A DNA stretch of 64,000 nucleotides, from NCBI GenBank assembly GCA_000320545.1, contig ADNK01002621.1, positions 63,624 to 127,623 of the forward strand, read 5' to 3'. Positions 44,687-58,941 of this stretch are shown here, piece after piece; the first letter of the stretch is position 1; each line of letters opens with the position of its first letter. The notes under the pieces were generated by a model. That model was given only the letters and a program-made list of their open reading frames with translations. It did not search any database and was not told where the DNA came from. Origin of the DNA: Bigelowiella natans CCMP2755 (taxonomy: Eukaryota > Protista > Cercozoa). A program made the translations under genes and the position numbers.

Positions 44687-47578
44687 ATGGCGCCGATGGT
44701 TACCATGTCTTCCTCCTTGCATCCTTCCCGTACCCTCCCTCTAAAGCGGCGACAGCAACGATGGTTTTACCATGCGGTAGCCTCGCTAGCGATTGTATCT
44801 GCAGTGTTGGTTGTCCTAAGCAGCAGTAGCAGTAGCACATCTTGGAGGAGTTGTTCACTTGAAGCTGCTGCTTCTTCCTCGATTGCTTCCGGGAGGACCG
44901 CAATTTTGCCGATGACACACAGCCGCTGCCAATTTGCTCGCAGGCGTCAGCCACTTCTTAAGGCGTATAGCAGCACTGACGAGAAAACATCTTCATCGCT
45001 AGATCTTCTATCTTCGATGTTAGGCGGTAGTGAGAACATGCAATGCGTATGCAACTGTATGTGTAGACCACATGCTTCTGGCACTTGATATTTTCAAACA
45101 TCACACACCTATACGTAAATGAATACAGACAGGCAAATACTCTATCATCCCACGCTCCCCCCCCCCCCCCCACACACACATACTCAACAGCATGCTTGCT
45201 TACGAAGCTTAATCATCTTCTTTAATGAAGCCTCTGTTCTTTCTCTCAGGAGAAGAAGACAGTCCCAAAGATAGTCCTTCCGCTAGTTCAACAGAAGTTT
45301 CCTCTTCTCCTGCTGTCATGTCTGAGGAGGCCCTGGAACCCCTCAAAATGATGCTCAAAGCTGGAGAATCTATGGATCTCGACGGCCTTTCCAAAGTCGA
45401 AATAACTTTTCATCACCATTCATTAGATATTATACTAATTAGTGAAATTTTTTTTCAAAAGCTGAATCCTGATGTCATACGATGAATATTGGTCTATAAT
45501 CTTTGCATGACGATGGTTGCTGCTGCAGGAGTTATCAACTTTGAAAGACTCAAAGATTCTTTCTCGATGGGGATCAGCACGTGATTCGTTATCACCTCGG
45601 TCTATTAACGTAAATCAACTTCAGTCTGCCGGTGTGTATTAAAAACTACTATTAAATCTAGGAAGAGGATGATACGATATGAAAATATTAACGTTTATTG
45701 ATTAATGGCAGACATTGCATCTCATCATGCAACAATATTATTCTTAGTACTACTACTACAACTATTATTATTATATTTATTATTTACATAACTACTATAA
45801 TTGCTTATTTACGTTGGCTGGTACAACATAATAATACTAGGTATCCGCAATCCTGAAGCATTGGCGTTTGGCTCTACAACTGATGATCTAATCCTCCTAG
45901 TTGTGGTAGTAGTGAAGGATGGATGGAATGGATGATGATCATGATGATGATGATGATGATGTTGCTGCTGCTTACTGTTTTCCCTGTTAATCTGGTTGCA
46001 CAACTGGCATAAGTGTTCGACTTTCTCTTCCTACCTATCTTCCTCCTCCTCTTCCTGAATATCTTGTGTCCTTATGGGGAAATGTTTGGTTTACACATGA
46101 TCTTGTGTCCTACTTTCTTCTTCTTCATTTCCTTCTTATTATTCTTCTTCTTGTTGTTCTTGTTCTTAGTATGTGCTGGTTGCTTCGGTGCTAGCCGTTG
46201 GTGCTGCTGCCGTGCTGCCTGGACAACTGGGGTATGATGATGATGGGGAGGAGGAGGAGGAGGAGGAGGAGGAGGAGGATGTGTGCTATTCACATGCATT
46301 CAGTGATCCTTCCACGTTGTATTCTTGTATGTATGTGGTGTATATCAACGATAATGATGGTGATAATGATGATGAGGATGATGATAATGATGAGCGAGGC
46401 TGACAGGACAGATCAATCATCTAATTGCTGCTGGTGGTGCTCTAACTACTACTACTACTACTACTACTACAGGTTCTTCGTGCCATACTTGATAGGAGCA
46501 TCTTCACTTGTTCTTCTAGCAGTTGGTAGTACTGCTTTGTACTATGAATATATTCAAAAAAGAAAAAATAATGTACATATTGCCTTTCAAAATCTATCAA
46601 TTTTGATCTATAATTTCTTGTTCCCTTCCTCCTTCTCCTCCTCCTTCTCTTGCTCCTGCTGCTGCTGCTGCTGCTACTTAGGATCTACGAACCCTGGCCT
46701 TCTTCAAGGACCAAAGGTACTGTTTCATCAAAATTAAGTCAACACAACAAACAACAAGCTCCAAGTATAGTTATCTACATGCATGATGGAAATAGCGAGC
46801 GATGATACAACATTTAATCGAGTTATTGGAGTATATTTCCCTGATGCTTTCCTCCTCTTCTTTCTCCCTATCCCTGTCGACCTCAACTTTCAAACACGTT
46901 TGATTTCATTACTATCCGTACTGTATGTAGGATGCTATTGGTCGATTGAATCCAGAGTGAGTATTCTCCCCCCCCCCCCCTCCCCTCTTCTACGACTTTA
47001 TCGTATTTGATGACGAGTGACGAGGCTCTAAGCGATGGTCAACACATGGATGTTTCTGTTGTCGTAGCTGTAGCAAAGCTTGGCATAGTAGTGATACTTA
47101 TTTTATTATCATTGGGCAAAGGTATGATCGTCGTCTTGTGCGCCATGAGGCTGCTCACTTCTTGGCTGGATACTTGCTGGGAGTGCCTGTGACCGAATAC
47201 AACTTAAATACTCCGACAGGTACTACTACTACTACTACTACTACTACTATGTTGTTGATGATGATAACGGTGAGTCATCAGATTCCTAATGATATCAGCT
47301 GTTTTTCCTTGTTCGATTGTTCTTAAGATATTATTACTACTGAGCTTGTTCGTCTTGCTCTTCTTCACCATCACCATCATCATCATCATCATCATCATCA
47401 TCATTGTGACAACAAACAATGTATAGGAGTGTCCCCCCATGTTGAGTTTGGGGAGTTGATGACTCCTGAGCGCATGATGGAGAAGGTTCCAAGAGACGAA
47501 TTGGTAGTAAAGCAGTAGTAGTAGTAATAACACAACCATAACGAGTTGGCTACTACCGATTAGGATATCATAAAAAAT

Positions 47579-47610
<32 letters not shown>

Positions 47611-47906
47611 TTGATGATGATGGCTTAAGAATATGAGAAATGTCGATGAAGGGGTAAGGACTAATTCATCAGAAATCGATCCTTGGCTAATCAAATAACG
47701 ATGGCAATCTGCTGTTGTTGTTAATTGTCATTTAGAATGTCATGGGCCCTCTAGCAATGTCGGGGCTAGCAGCAGAAGGAATGCAATACGACGACGTGAA
47801 AGGAGGACAAGCAGATTTATTGCTTCTTCAATTGCTCATGGATAGAGCTGAACCAAGAATGACACCTGCAGAGCAGCAGGATTTCACAAGGTAGCAATTT
47901 TTATTC

Positions 47907-47947
<41 letters not shown>

Positions 47948-48225
47948 GAAACAATAAGAGAAACAGATATGATTAATAATAATCAAACAACACCTACTTG
48001 CGCTCAGATGGTCAGTTTACAAAGCGATCGAAATGGTCAAGTATAATAGAAGGTAACAGCATTTTGCCCTACATAGAAGACACCAGCTGACCCCATTTTC
48101 TCTCTTTGATAAGCATTATCTGAATGAGTGTATGTTTAAATTTAAGGGCGCACGATGCATTGATGGAAGCCATGACAGAGGGAAAGAGCGTTTATGACTG
48201 TATCCTAGCTATAGAGAAAGCCTAA
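44687..48225 (+). CDS. Plastid-targeted FtsH-protease-domain (M41-like) HExxH protein lacking an AAA ATPase domain
   Basis: Bipartite presequence (hydrophobic AVASLAIVSAVLVVL followed by an S/R-rich segment); FFVPYLIGASSLVLLAVGSTNPGLLQ; RHEAAHFLAGYLLGVPV; AMSGLAAEGMQYDDVKGGQADL; AHDALMEAMTEGKSVYDCILAIEKA*. Confidence 0.85.
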
Positions 48226-48260
48226 TCATTGCTACTCGAAGCTGCTGTCATGATGTCATT

Positions 48261-48301
<41 letters not shown>

Positions 48302-48381
48302 TTAATTCTGTAGCCGCAACATTGCAAAGCTACATTAGGATGACAATTGGAAAAACTTAAATTCATTATATCTGTCTTACG

Positions 48382-48422
<41 letters not shown>

Positions 48423-48483
48423 TTGTGTGTGTGTGTGAAAACTATGTCTGCTGCATCACTATAGATCTAAACATTGTCAGCAG

Positions 48484-48578
48484 CTGATTATAGACACAGT
48501 AATAGCATATATACTATATATATATATATATATATATATGATACACTGTATACTGATTATAGACACAGTAATAGCATA
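48484..48578 (+). repeat. Short direct repeat in intergenic DNA
   Basis: ctgattatagacacagtaatagcata occurs at ~48484 and ~48553, separated by (TA)n. Confidence 0.8.
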
Positions 48579-49439
48579 ACTATATACTATATATATATGA
48601 TATTACATGTCTATTATGCTGTGTGCCATGCAGCCGCGCTGTACACATACAAATATAATGAATGGACACATGTCATCGCATTCTGCTTTCAAAGGTCATC
48701 CTAATGCACGTAGCTAAGTAGCTGCATACATGTACATGTATATACATATATGTGAGACAGTTGTAATGAAAGATTTAAATACATATATGTATATATATAT
48801 ATATATATATATGCACATCTAGCTAGCTAGACATGCAAATATGCGATGACTGACACATTGCTGTGAAAAACTCTACACGGCATCTGCACGACTAACAAAT
48901 CAAGCTAAGTTGTAAGTGCTGCACATTTGTTTTAATTCAGCATATAAGCATGCCTTTTTCGCACCTACGTACGACGTAGTATAATTAGTGCACTATTGCA
49001 TGTATAGCCCATGCGAGCGATCGATTAATATCGCATGCAGTGTCAGCCTATCAGGCTGTGCATGTCTTAGCTTCATACACATACGTGTAAAGCTTGCGTG
49101 CATGCACAACGCTACATGCAATGGCAACAGGACGTTCGGCTCACATGCAAAAGCACGGCGCTACGAGGTGGTACATCGTCACTTAGCGCAGAGACACAGC
49201 AGTAGACATACATGAGCGATCTAATCCTATGTAGAAAGCCCAGGCGATAGAGGGTGGTGGAGGCATATATATCGTATGGCGATAGGTGCGGATTTATATT
49301 ATTTCCGCTCATCATGCAATGAGGTTATGATTTCCATGTACACATAGTTAGTAGAGAGTGATAGGCGATGCAAACGTAGGACATCGCACAGGATTATTTC
49401 ACAAGAACGAACAAAGCTGTATGACTACCACATTGTCTG

Positions 49440-49879
49440 TCAGTTTTCCACCACTTCACCATGGATCTCGAGGCTCTCCTTCACCTGAAAGTAAAAATAG
49501 TGATGATTTATCGGGATGATGCCAACGATGAATAAGCAGAAAAAGTAAAGCAAAACAGGGATAATTAATTACCGGGTATCCAAACTCCTTCTCCTTCCTT
49601 TTCTTCGTCTTCGCTTTCGCATTGGCTTTATTATTTTCATGTTTGTCCATACACATTACATTAGAACAAACCATCATAACTCACAAATGCTGCTGCAGCA
49701 ATTCCATACAGCCCTTCTTCTCTTCCTCCTCCCTCCCCTTAATTACAACGTGTGGGTTGAGCTTACATAATCGATTTTGGTCCGAATCCAGGGAATATTG
49801 CATTCATAATCTCAGACTTTAGCATTGGTACTTTCGGCAGGTGCTTGTGGATCACATCTTCAGTGTTCTGTATCATCAT

Positions 49880-49910
<31 letters not shown>

Positions 49911-50037
49911 AGCAGGAGCAGCAACAGCAGCCACACCATCAGATTATTTTTGAAGTTTTCGAGAATGAGAATAATATTTAAAACAGTAATTATAAGAAGG
50001 AAGGAAGAAGAAGAAACTATATTATCACCACCACTTG

Positions 50038-50072
<35 letters not shown>

Positions 50073-52056
50073 GTAGTACCTTGAGTCTAATGCGATCTTC
50101 CAGCCGTAGTTCTTCAAAGGACTTATCAGCCTTTACGTACCTGAACAACGAATGGAGGAGGAAGACTATATCATGTCGTTGTAGTCGTATAAATTATTAT
50201 TATTGTAATGACAACTGCCATAAAGTATACTATTACATTTCCATTTTCCCTATCGTATGTGCAATCCATGTGCGGTGTCTGTGGAAGCTCTTTGTGTCTT
50301 CAAATGTACACGTCTTAAATGGATAGCGGAAAGTCCCCACCTGCATGATATGCACACATACGTCGTCGTGGTTTGCATATTAGACTGTGGTATGTGTATG
50401 CTACTGCAAAGTGTGTGTCATATGTGCGTGTGTTTGTTATCGTGGGTGAGTGAGTGAGTGAGTGGGTTATGAAGTTTGGCGGGGAGGGAGGAACCATTCT
50501 GATGTTGTGATGTCATGTGCTGCTTGAAGTAAATATAATTCATTATAATGCTGCATCATCATCATCATCATCATCGTTTAAAGCTTATCCTCTCAATTCG
50601 TACCACATCAGATTCTTCTTCTTCTTCATCATCCTGCTCTACTTTCTCTCCCCCCTCCTCTTCTGCAGCAGCTTGATGTCGTTGTTGACCTTCTTCCCCT
50701 CCTCGAAAGCAGGGGAATGGTGAGGAGAAGGGAGGGGAGGAGTAGGAACTATGCTGTCGGTAGTGAGCCACCTCTTCCTGCAAATTTAGGATACGACGTA
50801 TCATATAACGCAGCGCCTTGAGGTCCTCCGTGTCCTCCAGCTGCTGCTGCTGCTCTGTTTGACATATTGATGATGATGAAAGTGTTGTTCCTCGTTGTGA
50901 TGATAATGGTATTAATGATGAAGACAACCCACTTTCTGACGATAAGGAGGTTGCTGCTGCTGCTGATGCTGCTTCTCCTGTAGCTGCGGGCATACCATGC
51001 TCGGTAGTAGCACACGTAACAACAGTCCTACCATCCCCATCATCATCAACCTTTTCAGCATTATCATCATCATCCTCCTCCTCCTCCTCTTTCTTCTTCT
51101 CTTCGTTGGCCATGTATATCATTTTCTTAGCAGCAAAGCTACTTTCGTAGAGCTCCATGGCAATCTCTACATCACCAGGACCTCCTCGAGTTTCATGTGC
51201 GGTAGCAAGTTTATTCTCAATCTTTGCCACTTCAGGATGGTACTTCACGTCAGTCGATAGATACATCTCTTTTATCAGCACTAAGCTGCTTTCATAGAGC
51301 TCGATTGCCTTGTCAAGATCAGGTGTTCTCCCTCCTCCTCCTCCTCCTCCTCCTTCTTCTTCTATTCTTCCACGAGCCATCAGCATATCAGCAAGTTTGC
51401 TTTGACTGATCGCCACATTCGCTTTGTTTTTCAGATTCACTTTTCTTGTTTCTGCTAATCTGCATTCTAAGAGCTTAATTGCGGAGTCAAAATGAGATGA
51501 ATGCCCTTGCTGCATCATACTTTTATTCCCAGTAGTCTTTCCATCCTCCCCTTTTTCGTCTAATTCGTTATTTTCTACCGTTAAAATTGTGTTATTTGTA
51601 CAGCAATATTAGATGTTGTACGAATATTGATGATGGTAGCAATAAAACAGTGATGGAAGCTAAGAAAAACGATGAGATATGCCTGTGATGGCACTGATGA
51701 TGGTAGTAAGTAATGATAATAAGAAAATAAAAGTTATGATGATGATGATGAAGAAGAAGAAGAAGATATAAAGCGACGTGACCGTTAAGTGATGCAGGTT
51801 CGCCCTTGAGTGTTGTTGTTGTTGCTGTTGGCGCTGCCACCGAAGCCTCCTTCAAGTTTTCTGTTGTTGAAGACTTTATATCATTCTCATTCTCATCTCC
51901 TGGGACGCTGCTGGTGCTTCTCTCCTCTTGTTGCCTTCGTAGGGTGTTGTTGTTGTTGTATCCAAGGACATGGAAGTAGCTTCTTTCTGGGTAACGCTCC
52001 TTTGCATGCTTTACTAGATACTGTTAAGCCCCAAAACACATATTATTAATAACACT

Positions 52057-52140
<84 letters not shown>

Positions 52141-53800
52141 TAAAGCCTACCCCAGCCCTCCACACCCTATCTCTAATCTCAGCATTATTACCTCCTCCAC
52201 TCTTTCAAGAGGCAAAATTTCAATTTCATCGTTTGATCTCATACTGAGCTGATAAAAAAATAGCATTTCGATGTCTTAGAGGTTTGCTTCACCGAACAAA
52301 ATCGTTAAACATAATGTATATTCTACTGTTCCAGCTACTTTTACCACTTACCCCACCACGATCTACGACGAAATAGTAGCAGTTGTATACTTAGTCTCCA
52401 CCAACCAACCTGCTTTGCTGTGTTGTCTCGATATAGTAGTATGCCGTTATACACAAACCGAACAGGTCCTGTCAACACCTGCTCAATAAAACAACAACAA
52501 GAACAAGAATGATAATTTGCCATTCATTGAAATGCCGATATCACGGCCATTATCATCTTTTTGGTTAAAACAACTAATTACCATGTTATAGTAGGCCTTC
52601 ATCAACATTCCGAGGGGTTTATTCTCAAGAGTACTAAAGCGGAGTGGAATGCCGTCTTTACGGTAAGTTACCAAGTCGATACGCTCTCCTTCAACACCCG
52701 GAAGCAGCTCGATAGGTCTAATAACACCATTACCTTCTTCTTCTTCTCGACCCAAAGCACTTCTACTTTCCAGACACCGACTTAAAGGATATTCCGTATC
52801 GTCTTGCCGGAGAGGAGGTGGAGAGCCATCACTAAACCTTGGATGGTATGTGCTATTGCCTGTACTAATAGACATTTCACCAATGGAACTATCATTCGTT
52901 CTGCTACCACCAAATCCAAATCCTCCATTGAATGCAGAAGTAGGGGTATGAGTAGTAGCAGCACTATGTTCTCTCGTACCATCACCACCACCATCATCAA
53001 AAGTATTATGTGAGTTTGAAGAGGGGAAGGAAGATTCCAACGCACGACCACCATCGCCACTGCTGCTCTCACCACCATTTTGTTTCGAATCGGTGGCAGC
53101 AAATAACCCATCAGTTGTTCGAATGCTCTCCTCCCCATTTTCCGACAATGTCGGTGGTGATAACTTAGGTGCTGATGTTGATGGTGATCGTGTTAATGCA
53201 GACGATGATGCTTCTAAAGAGGAACAACTAGCACCGTTAGCACCGTTAGCACCGCTCCTTCTTCTTCTTCTTGTACTAATTCTGCTACTGCTTTTGGGAG
53301 CAGCAGCACCAGCAGTACCGTGCCCTACTCTTACCAGATTATTGAAACTATCGTTTCCAATGTTGCGAAACTGCGGGGGACTTTCAGCTCTGGAATTACC
53401 GAATCCAAATGCAGAAAAAGTTCTAGTAGCATCAGCGCCCAACTCCCCCCCCCCAAAAGCCCCAATACCAAAACCATCCCCACCGCCAAGGCCATGCTGC
53501 TGCATTGACAAACCAGAGTCCTCACCGCCAAGCCCGCCACCGCTAGAACCACCAAAGATAGATCCTAAGGATCCAAATGCTCCATTTTCTGCTGGAATGT
53601 TATTTTTCGCCTCTTCTTTTCCCTCACCAGTGGATGATGTTTCCCCAAGTTCTTGTTTTGTGTTCCCAGCTTCTTGTTTTGTTTCTGAGAACCAACTCGC
53701 CTCATTGTCACTTAGATGATGTTCATGTGAATCATCCTTCAATTCTTCCCTTTGATCTCTCATCGCTTCTCCTTCTCCTTGTCTAATTAAATTGTTCCTG
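49440..53800 (-). CDS. Large multi-domain protein: FG-rich region + SUMO-like domain + kinesin-light-chain-type TPRs + Nup98-like GLEBS motif (both ends uncertain)
   Basis: FG-rich: GAFGSLGSIFGG, GFGIGAFGG, SAFGFG, GGFGFGG. SUMO-like: RIDLVTYRKDGIPLRFSTLENKPLGMLMKAY..VRFVYNGILL..LSMRSNDEIEIL. TPR: AIELYESSL..HPEVAKIENKLA. GLEBS-like: TIGKMEMYVKADKSFEELRLED. Confidence 0.65.
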
Positions 53801-54433
53801 TAGATGCGAACAGCGTGTGTGTGTGTGTATGGTTGTGTGTGTGTGTGTTTGTGTGATTGTGCTGGCAAGATAACAATCATTATCACCGTCATCGTCATCA
53901 TGTCATCATCATATTTGTTGTTTCTTTGGCATTAATGGATCGTGTGCTGTACAAGTAGTGGTAACACGATTTCTGTACTTTTCCTCCTCCTCCATGTTGC
54001 CAAAGGTGGTGGTGGCTACAATAGATTGATTGTGACTTTCTTGCAACAAAGAAGAGTCCCATTCTTAACTACGACAACTAAAATGTTGCTTTTTATCCAA
54101 TTTTCACATGCCTTTCCAGGAATAACATTCGGGGAAGGATCCCGGAGCCGCATTCCAGATGAAACCCGCTTACTGCTAACTCCAAGCTATATCAATTTTT
54201 CTGCATGTCGGTGTTGCTAAATAGTCGGCCTTTTCTGATCCTGAAATCTCGGCTGCATTCTTTGAAGAAAGAAAATGCAGGCCATATTTATGGAAAATAT
54301 GGTAAAAAACGCAGAGTAAGAGGAGCAAGTGCCATGCCTCTCTCTCCACAAAGTAGTGCCGATGATGATTCCGATACTCTTGCCTACCAGGGGAAGTAAG
54401 TAGAGTGTAGAAGAGAGCCGTTCTCAAGCAACA

Positions 54434-57281
54434 ATGGATTCATTTGCTCGTGAAACACCTACCGATACTGACCGGGTTGTTGATTGGGTGGTAAGGACAA
54501 GGCAGGAAAAACAACACTCGACTGCTGTCTACTGTGGGGAGGAGGGATTAGTTGGTCTTAATAACTCCTCTTTTCCACTTGCGACGAATCGTCCTAAGTC
54601 AGCTTTTGAGCACTTCTCTGAGAGCCTGTGTGATGAATCTCGTCTTCAAAAAGTATTCACACCTTTGGATATAAAGGAAGTGATCGCTGTTCCTTCTTGG
54701 GGAAGGCTAAGTTTAAGTCAGAAACAAAAGTAGTAAATGGTTAATCGATCGGATGGTGTAGAGTAGCATTGACTTTTCAATGTAACATTTCATAGATATA
54801 TAGAACTTGCGGAGCTGGATCGAGACCGTTGGAAATATGTGAGTCCCACCATTCAAATCAGATTAGTTGATTGGTATAAATCATCCTGAGTAGTTCAAAG
54901 AACAACTCGACAACCCTTCTTAGGTGTTGACTTCATAATTAGGAAACATGGTTGTTGACTGGTAGTGTGGATGATTATAAATATTCAATCTATAACACTA
55001 GATTGGGTGGTGAGAAGAATTCAATCAATTTTGGGGGACTTCGCGGAATGCAGCAAAAGCATTGTGACATTGATGATGATGATGATCGTCACTGCAATAA
55101 GTTGGATAATGATGGCGGAACCAATGACATGAAGACATTAAAGAATCAACTCAAAAATCGATTTGCTCGGTTCAGACCAGTAGATGCTCTATATGTGACA
55201 GTCGGCGGTGCTGGAAAATTTGATCCTTTCGCACAAACCCACAGTATGCTAAATTTTGATGACAAGGAGTCAACAAGAAGGCTGAATCTTGCGAATACCA
55301 AGCTGGTGGAACTCTTACAAAAGGGTAGCACTCACAAACAGAATAGCCATCGTAGAGGTGCTACTGATACACAACTTCACTCGTCTGATGTTGGAATTCA
55401 CAAGAAGAAACATCAATACCTTTCCAAGTCTCTACCACTGCTGCAGGTAGAATTCCCTTTAAGCAGCAGCAGCTCTATGGAAGATGGATTGTTTTCAAGC
55501 GGTGGCTCTAAAAGAGGACTTGGTGTAAAAGACAGTAGTAGCAGTGGATATCACCGGAACAACCACGTATCTATACTTGGAAGTGAATTCCAAAATTACA
55601 ATGACAAGAATAAACTCGAAGATATTATGACATCGATCACAACATATTCAAACGTAGGCACCGAGATTGGCAGCTTACCTCACGTAGAGACCAGAAATCC
55701 TACGAATTTGACAGAACTTGATGATGAAAGAGACGTACTTATTGATTCTGCACTCTCTTCTTCATCACATCACGAGGATATCAAGAGTAAGAGTGATGAT
55801 GAATGTGGAGAAGGGGCAGAATTTTCAATTGAGAGAAGTGAATCAAACCCTGAAGGAAATCTACCTGATCTGAACCACATGCCGATTTCTATAACTGAGA
55901 GAAGTGTTCAAGATCCTCATTTTGGTAATAATTGCATCATTGCTGAGACTGGTGAAGCTGATCAACAACCACAGAGATGCAATGAAACATCATGGACTAT
56001 GGAAACCTCCCTGTCAAATTATCGTAAAAAGGAAATGCAGGTTTATATCCCGAAAGAAAAATTGAAAGCAGGATCGAGAGTGAGGGTGTTTTGGGCGACA
56101 AGAGGTATGGATAGGACTGGTACAGGTCTTAATTACACATACCAACCCTCTTCAGTCATCATTTCACTCATTGAATATTCGTGTTGCAGTTCGCGAAATT
56201 CTAGACAAAAGTGATGGGAAGGGTACAAATGTTGGCGTGGAATATGATGATGGAGAGGTAATATTTCGAACCATTGTTTTGGTATTTTGTCCCTAAGATA
56301 CATACTTTACACAGTGGGTGGATCACATGTCAATAGAGGATTGGCCACACACGATTTTGAGCTTGCCAAATGATGATATCGAAGCAGCAAGCTTGAATCA
56401 TCATCATGTGGCACACAGCGACTCTGAGAATAATGGTAAATTTTTAGGGAAAAACTGTGATTCATCCGAGCGATAATACGATTTCAATCCCTTTTTTAGA
56501 AGGACCTGATATTAAAAGAGATTCCGACCAACTTGATAGAACTCAAGAAAATGATGAGCAAGAAACGGAGGAGTCGACTTCTTCTCTACGGGAATATGAT
56601 GTCGACTACAATGAGAGCAGCTATAGGCAGCAGAGTTACTACATTGATCCACACTCCTTAAACAACAATATTCACACCGATGAGGATGATGACATGCTGG
56701 TTAGTAATAGTAAAAGAGGATCTGAGGAATTCAAATCTAAATTTCACATTGATAGACCGAAGTCGCTCTTTGTTGGGAAAAACAGTATTTCTGAAATGGC
56801 ATTGATAGTTACGCCAACACACAATCTCATGGATTTCTCACCCTGTACCCACGGTACTCCGCATACCGTCGTCGATGGAAAGACAAATTCTTTAGGTAGG
56901 ATAGTTCCAAAACCTTTGAAAGATGCTCAAATTATGTTGGAGCATGTAAAGCAACGAAGCCCATTTCAAATGGAACGTGAAAGTTATTGCAGGCGCAAAA
57001 GTTACACCACGAAGAAAAGCAAAGTTTCATCGGCCATGAGTCAACGCCCAAAGAGTCAAGGAAGGTAGTACAGATAGCAATTCACTTTTCAAAATCTAAA
57101 AAATTCACGGTTTGATCATTTTTCACATGAGTTTGCCATTTCTACGGTTTGTCTGTTTCGCAGAGAGCCAGATGAAATTTCAAGCCCAATCCATAAACCA
57201 ATTCATTTGCGCTTGAAGCGACATCGAAAACAGCAGGTTCCTACTGTTTCTCCCAACACAAAGGTTGAATCCGGCACATGA
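54434..57281 (+). CDS. HMG-box and Tudor-like domain chromatin protein (start uncertain, ~54333-54434)
   Basis: HMG box: RPKSAFEHF..WGRLSLSQKQK|YIELAELDRDRW. Tudor-like: LKAGSRVRVFWA..VGVEYDDGEW. Long acidic/Ser-rich linkers. TGA at 57279-57281. Confidence 0.7.
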
Positions 57282-58257
57282 TGAAAAATAGTCAAGGACA
57301 CTGATACATCGTGCGTGAAATGCAACACTAGCAGCTGCTGTGGCTTAATTTCACAAGTGGCATTGCTATTGCGACATTACATCGTGGTAATGTTTCCAAA
57401 TTACGCCAGAGTGGACGGTGTTCAAATGCGATGTACAGTCACAAGTGCATCCGTCCGATTCTGAATGCTGTGGCTTTTTATGTGGCTGAGACGTACACGA
57501 GTACAACATATCATCAGAGATGTTTTTGGCAGTGCCCTTGCGACTCCTGCGCATGCTCGTGATGGGCTCAAGGAGCTAGCAAAAAAATGGCATGAAGTCA
57601 TGCATGCAAGTGATGGTGACTCTGTCTAGCTCTGAGATGTGTTTGATGAGAAACGAGTGCTCAAATGTGTCTATTATCAAACAGATTACACGTGAGTTTT
57701 GGTGAACAGCGTCGTCAGGTTGCAATGGGACAATGGACGCTTGCCACTTGCCGCGCACACCACGCTAAGCACACATCTAGGTTATGTTACCTAGACATGC
57801 ACATCGCTAAATCGTGTACGTGTGGTGCATGATTCCCACGCTAGCACGTTCGTCCACTCGTTAAAGTCTGCAAGTGCTCGTCATGCAAGCCGGTGAATGT
57901 GTATAACAAGTCCTCAATTTTCTCTGTGAAGCAGGCTGATTGAGGATCTAGAATGTGAGTCAGTCAGCGCACTGCTATTGTTGTTGTTCACACGCACTAG
58001 CGCAGCATGTGTCCAATAAGGCTAGCTAGCTACTAGCCAGCTAGACGTCCAGGTGTGCATGTGCATTGGACGAGACATGCAAGCACATATGCAAGCCGAT
58101 GCTGTGCACTAGAGCACATCTAGGCATGAGTGCTGCAGCTTTGCGTACTTTTTTACTATGTCTATTGTGCATGCTAGCATGAACCAAAAGCATGGCATCG
58201 TGTCATATGAGTCGAACTAGCAAAGTATTTCCATATCTAGACATCATCACCGGTTGC

Positions 58258-58816
58258 TCATGCTTCATTTAGATCCCAGTTGTAGTCCGCGAACACCAGT
58301 TTTGGCTAAAACACATCAAATTGCAAATTCGATGTGTGCATCACACAATCACCGAGTTATTCGAGACGGAAAGGGGGGGGGGGGGGGGGAGAGAGCATGA
58401 GAATCAAAGGAATTATATTCGCCCGTTCGTATTATGATGCACAATCACCCAAAATATCTTACAAAAACACTTTGATGGTAGATGTAAACAAAAACCTTTG
58501 GAGCTTCCTCAAAGAAATTCTTCAAGCTTATCCCCCTCTTGCCGGTAACTCCATTCACGAGTAATTCTAACATTTGACATCTCTAATCAATGGAAGGCAA
58601 GATGGCAGAATTGTGTTGGACAGCCGTTTGGCCAGTTGTTTTCACCGCACATGCAACAAATCTTCATAGCATACGCATAAGTCAAATATCCATCTCACAC
58701 CGTTGTCTATTAAGCTACAACATGCACACGAGTAGTACACCTTGTAGTTGCAAATCACTTCCAAAGTCAGGGCGATACCATTGAAAAATCTTCGTTGATG
58801 AAGAAAGAAAGAGAAG

Positions 58817-58855
<39 letters not shown>

Positions 58856-58901
58856 GGACGGAGAGAATAATCGAAACTATACCAAATAATATAAATATAT
58901 A

Positions 58902-58941
<40 letters not shown>

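Noticed and set aside
44687-48225. Full-length FtsH protease
   Set aside because: No Walker A/B AAA domain; it matches the stand-alone M41-like plastid family.
49440-53800. Calling this gene NUP98 or SUMO
   Set aside because: No autoprotease or Nup96 domain, few FG repeats, and the SUMO-like domain is internal without a diglycine.
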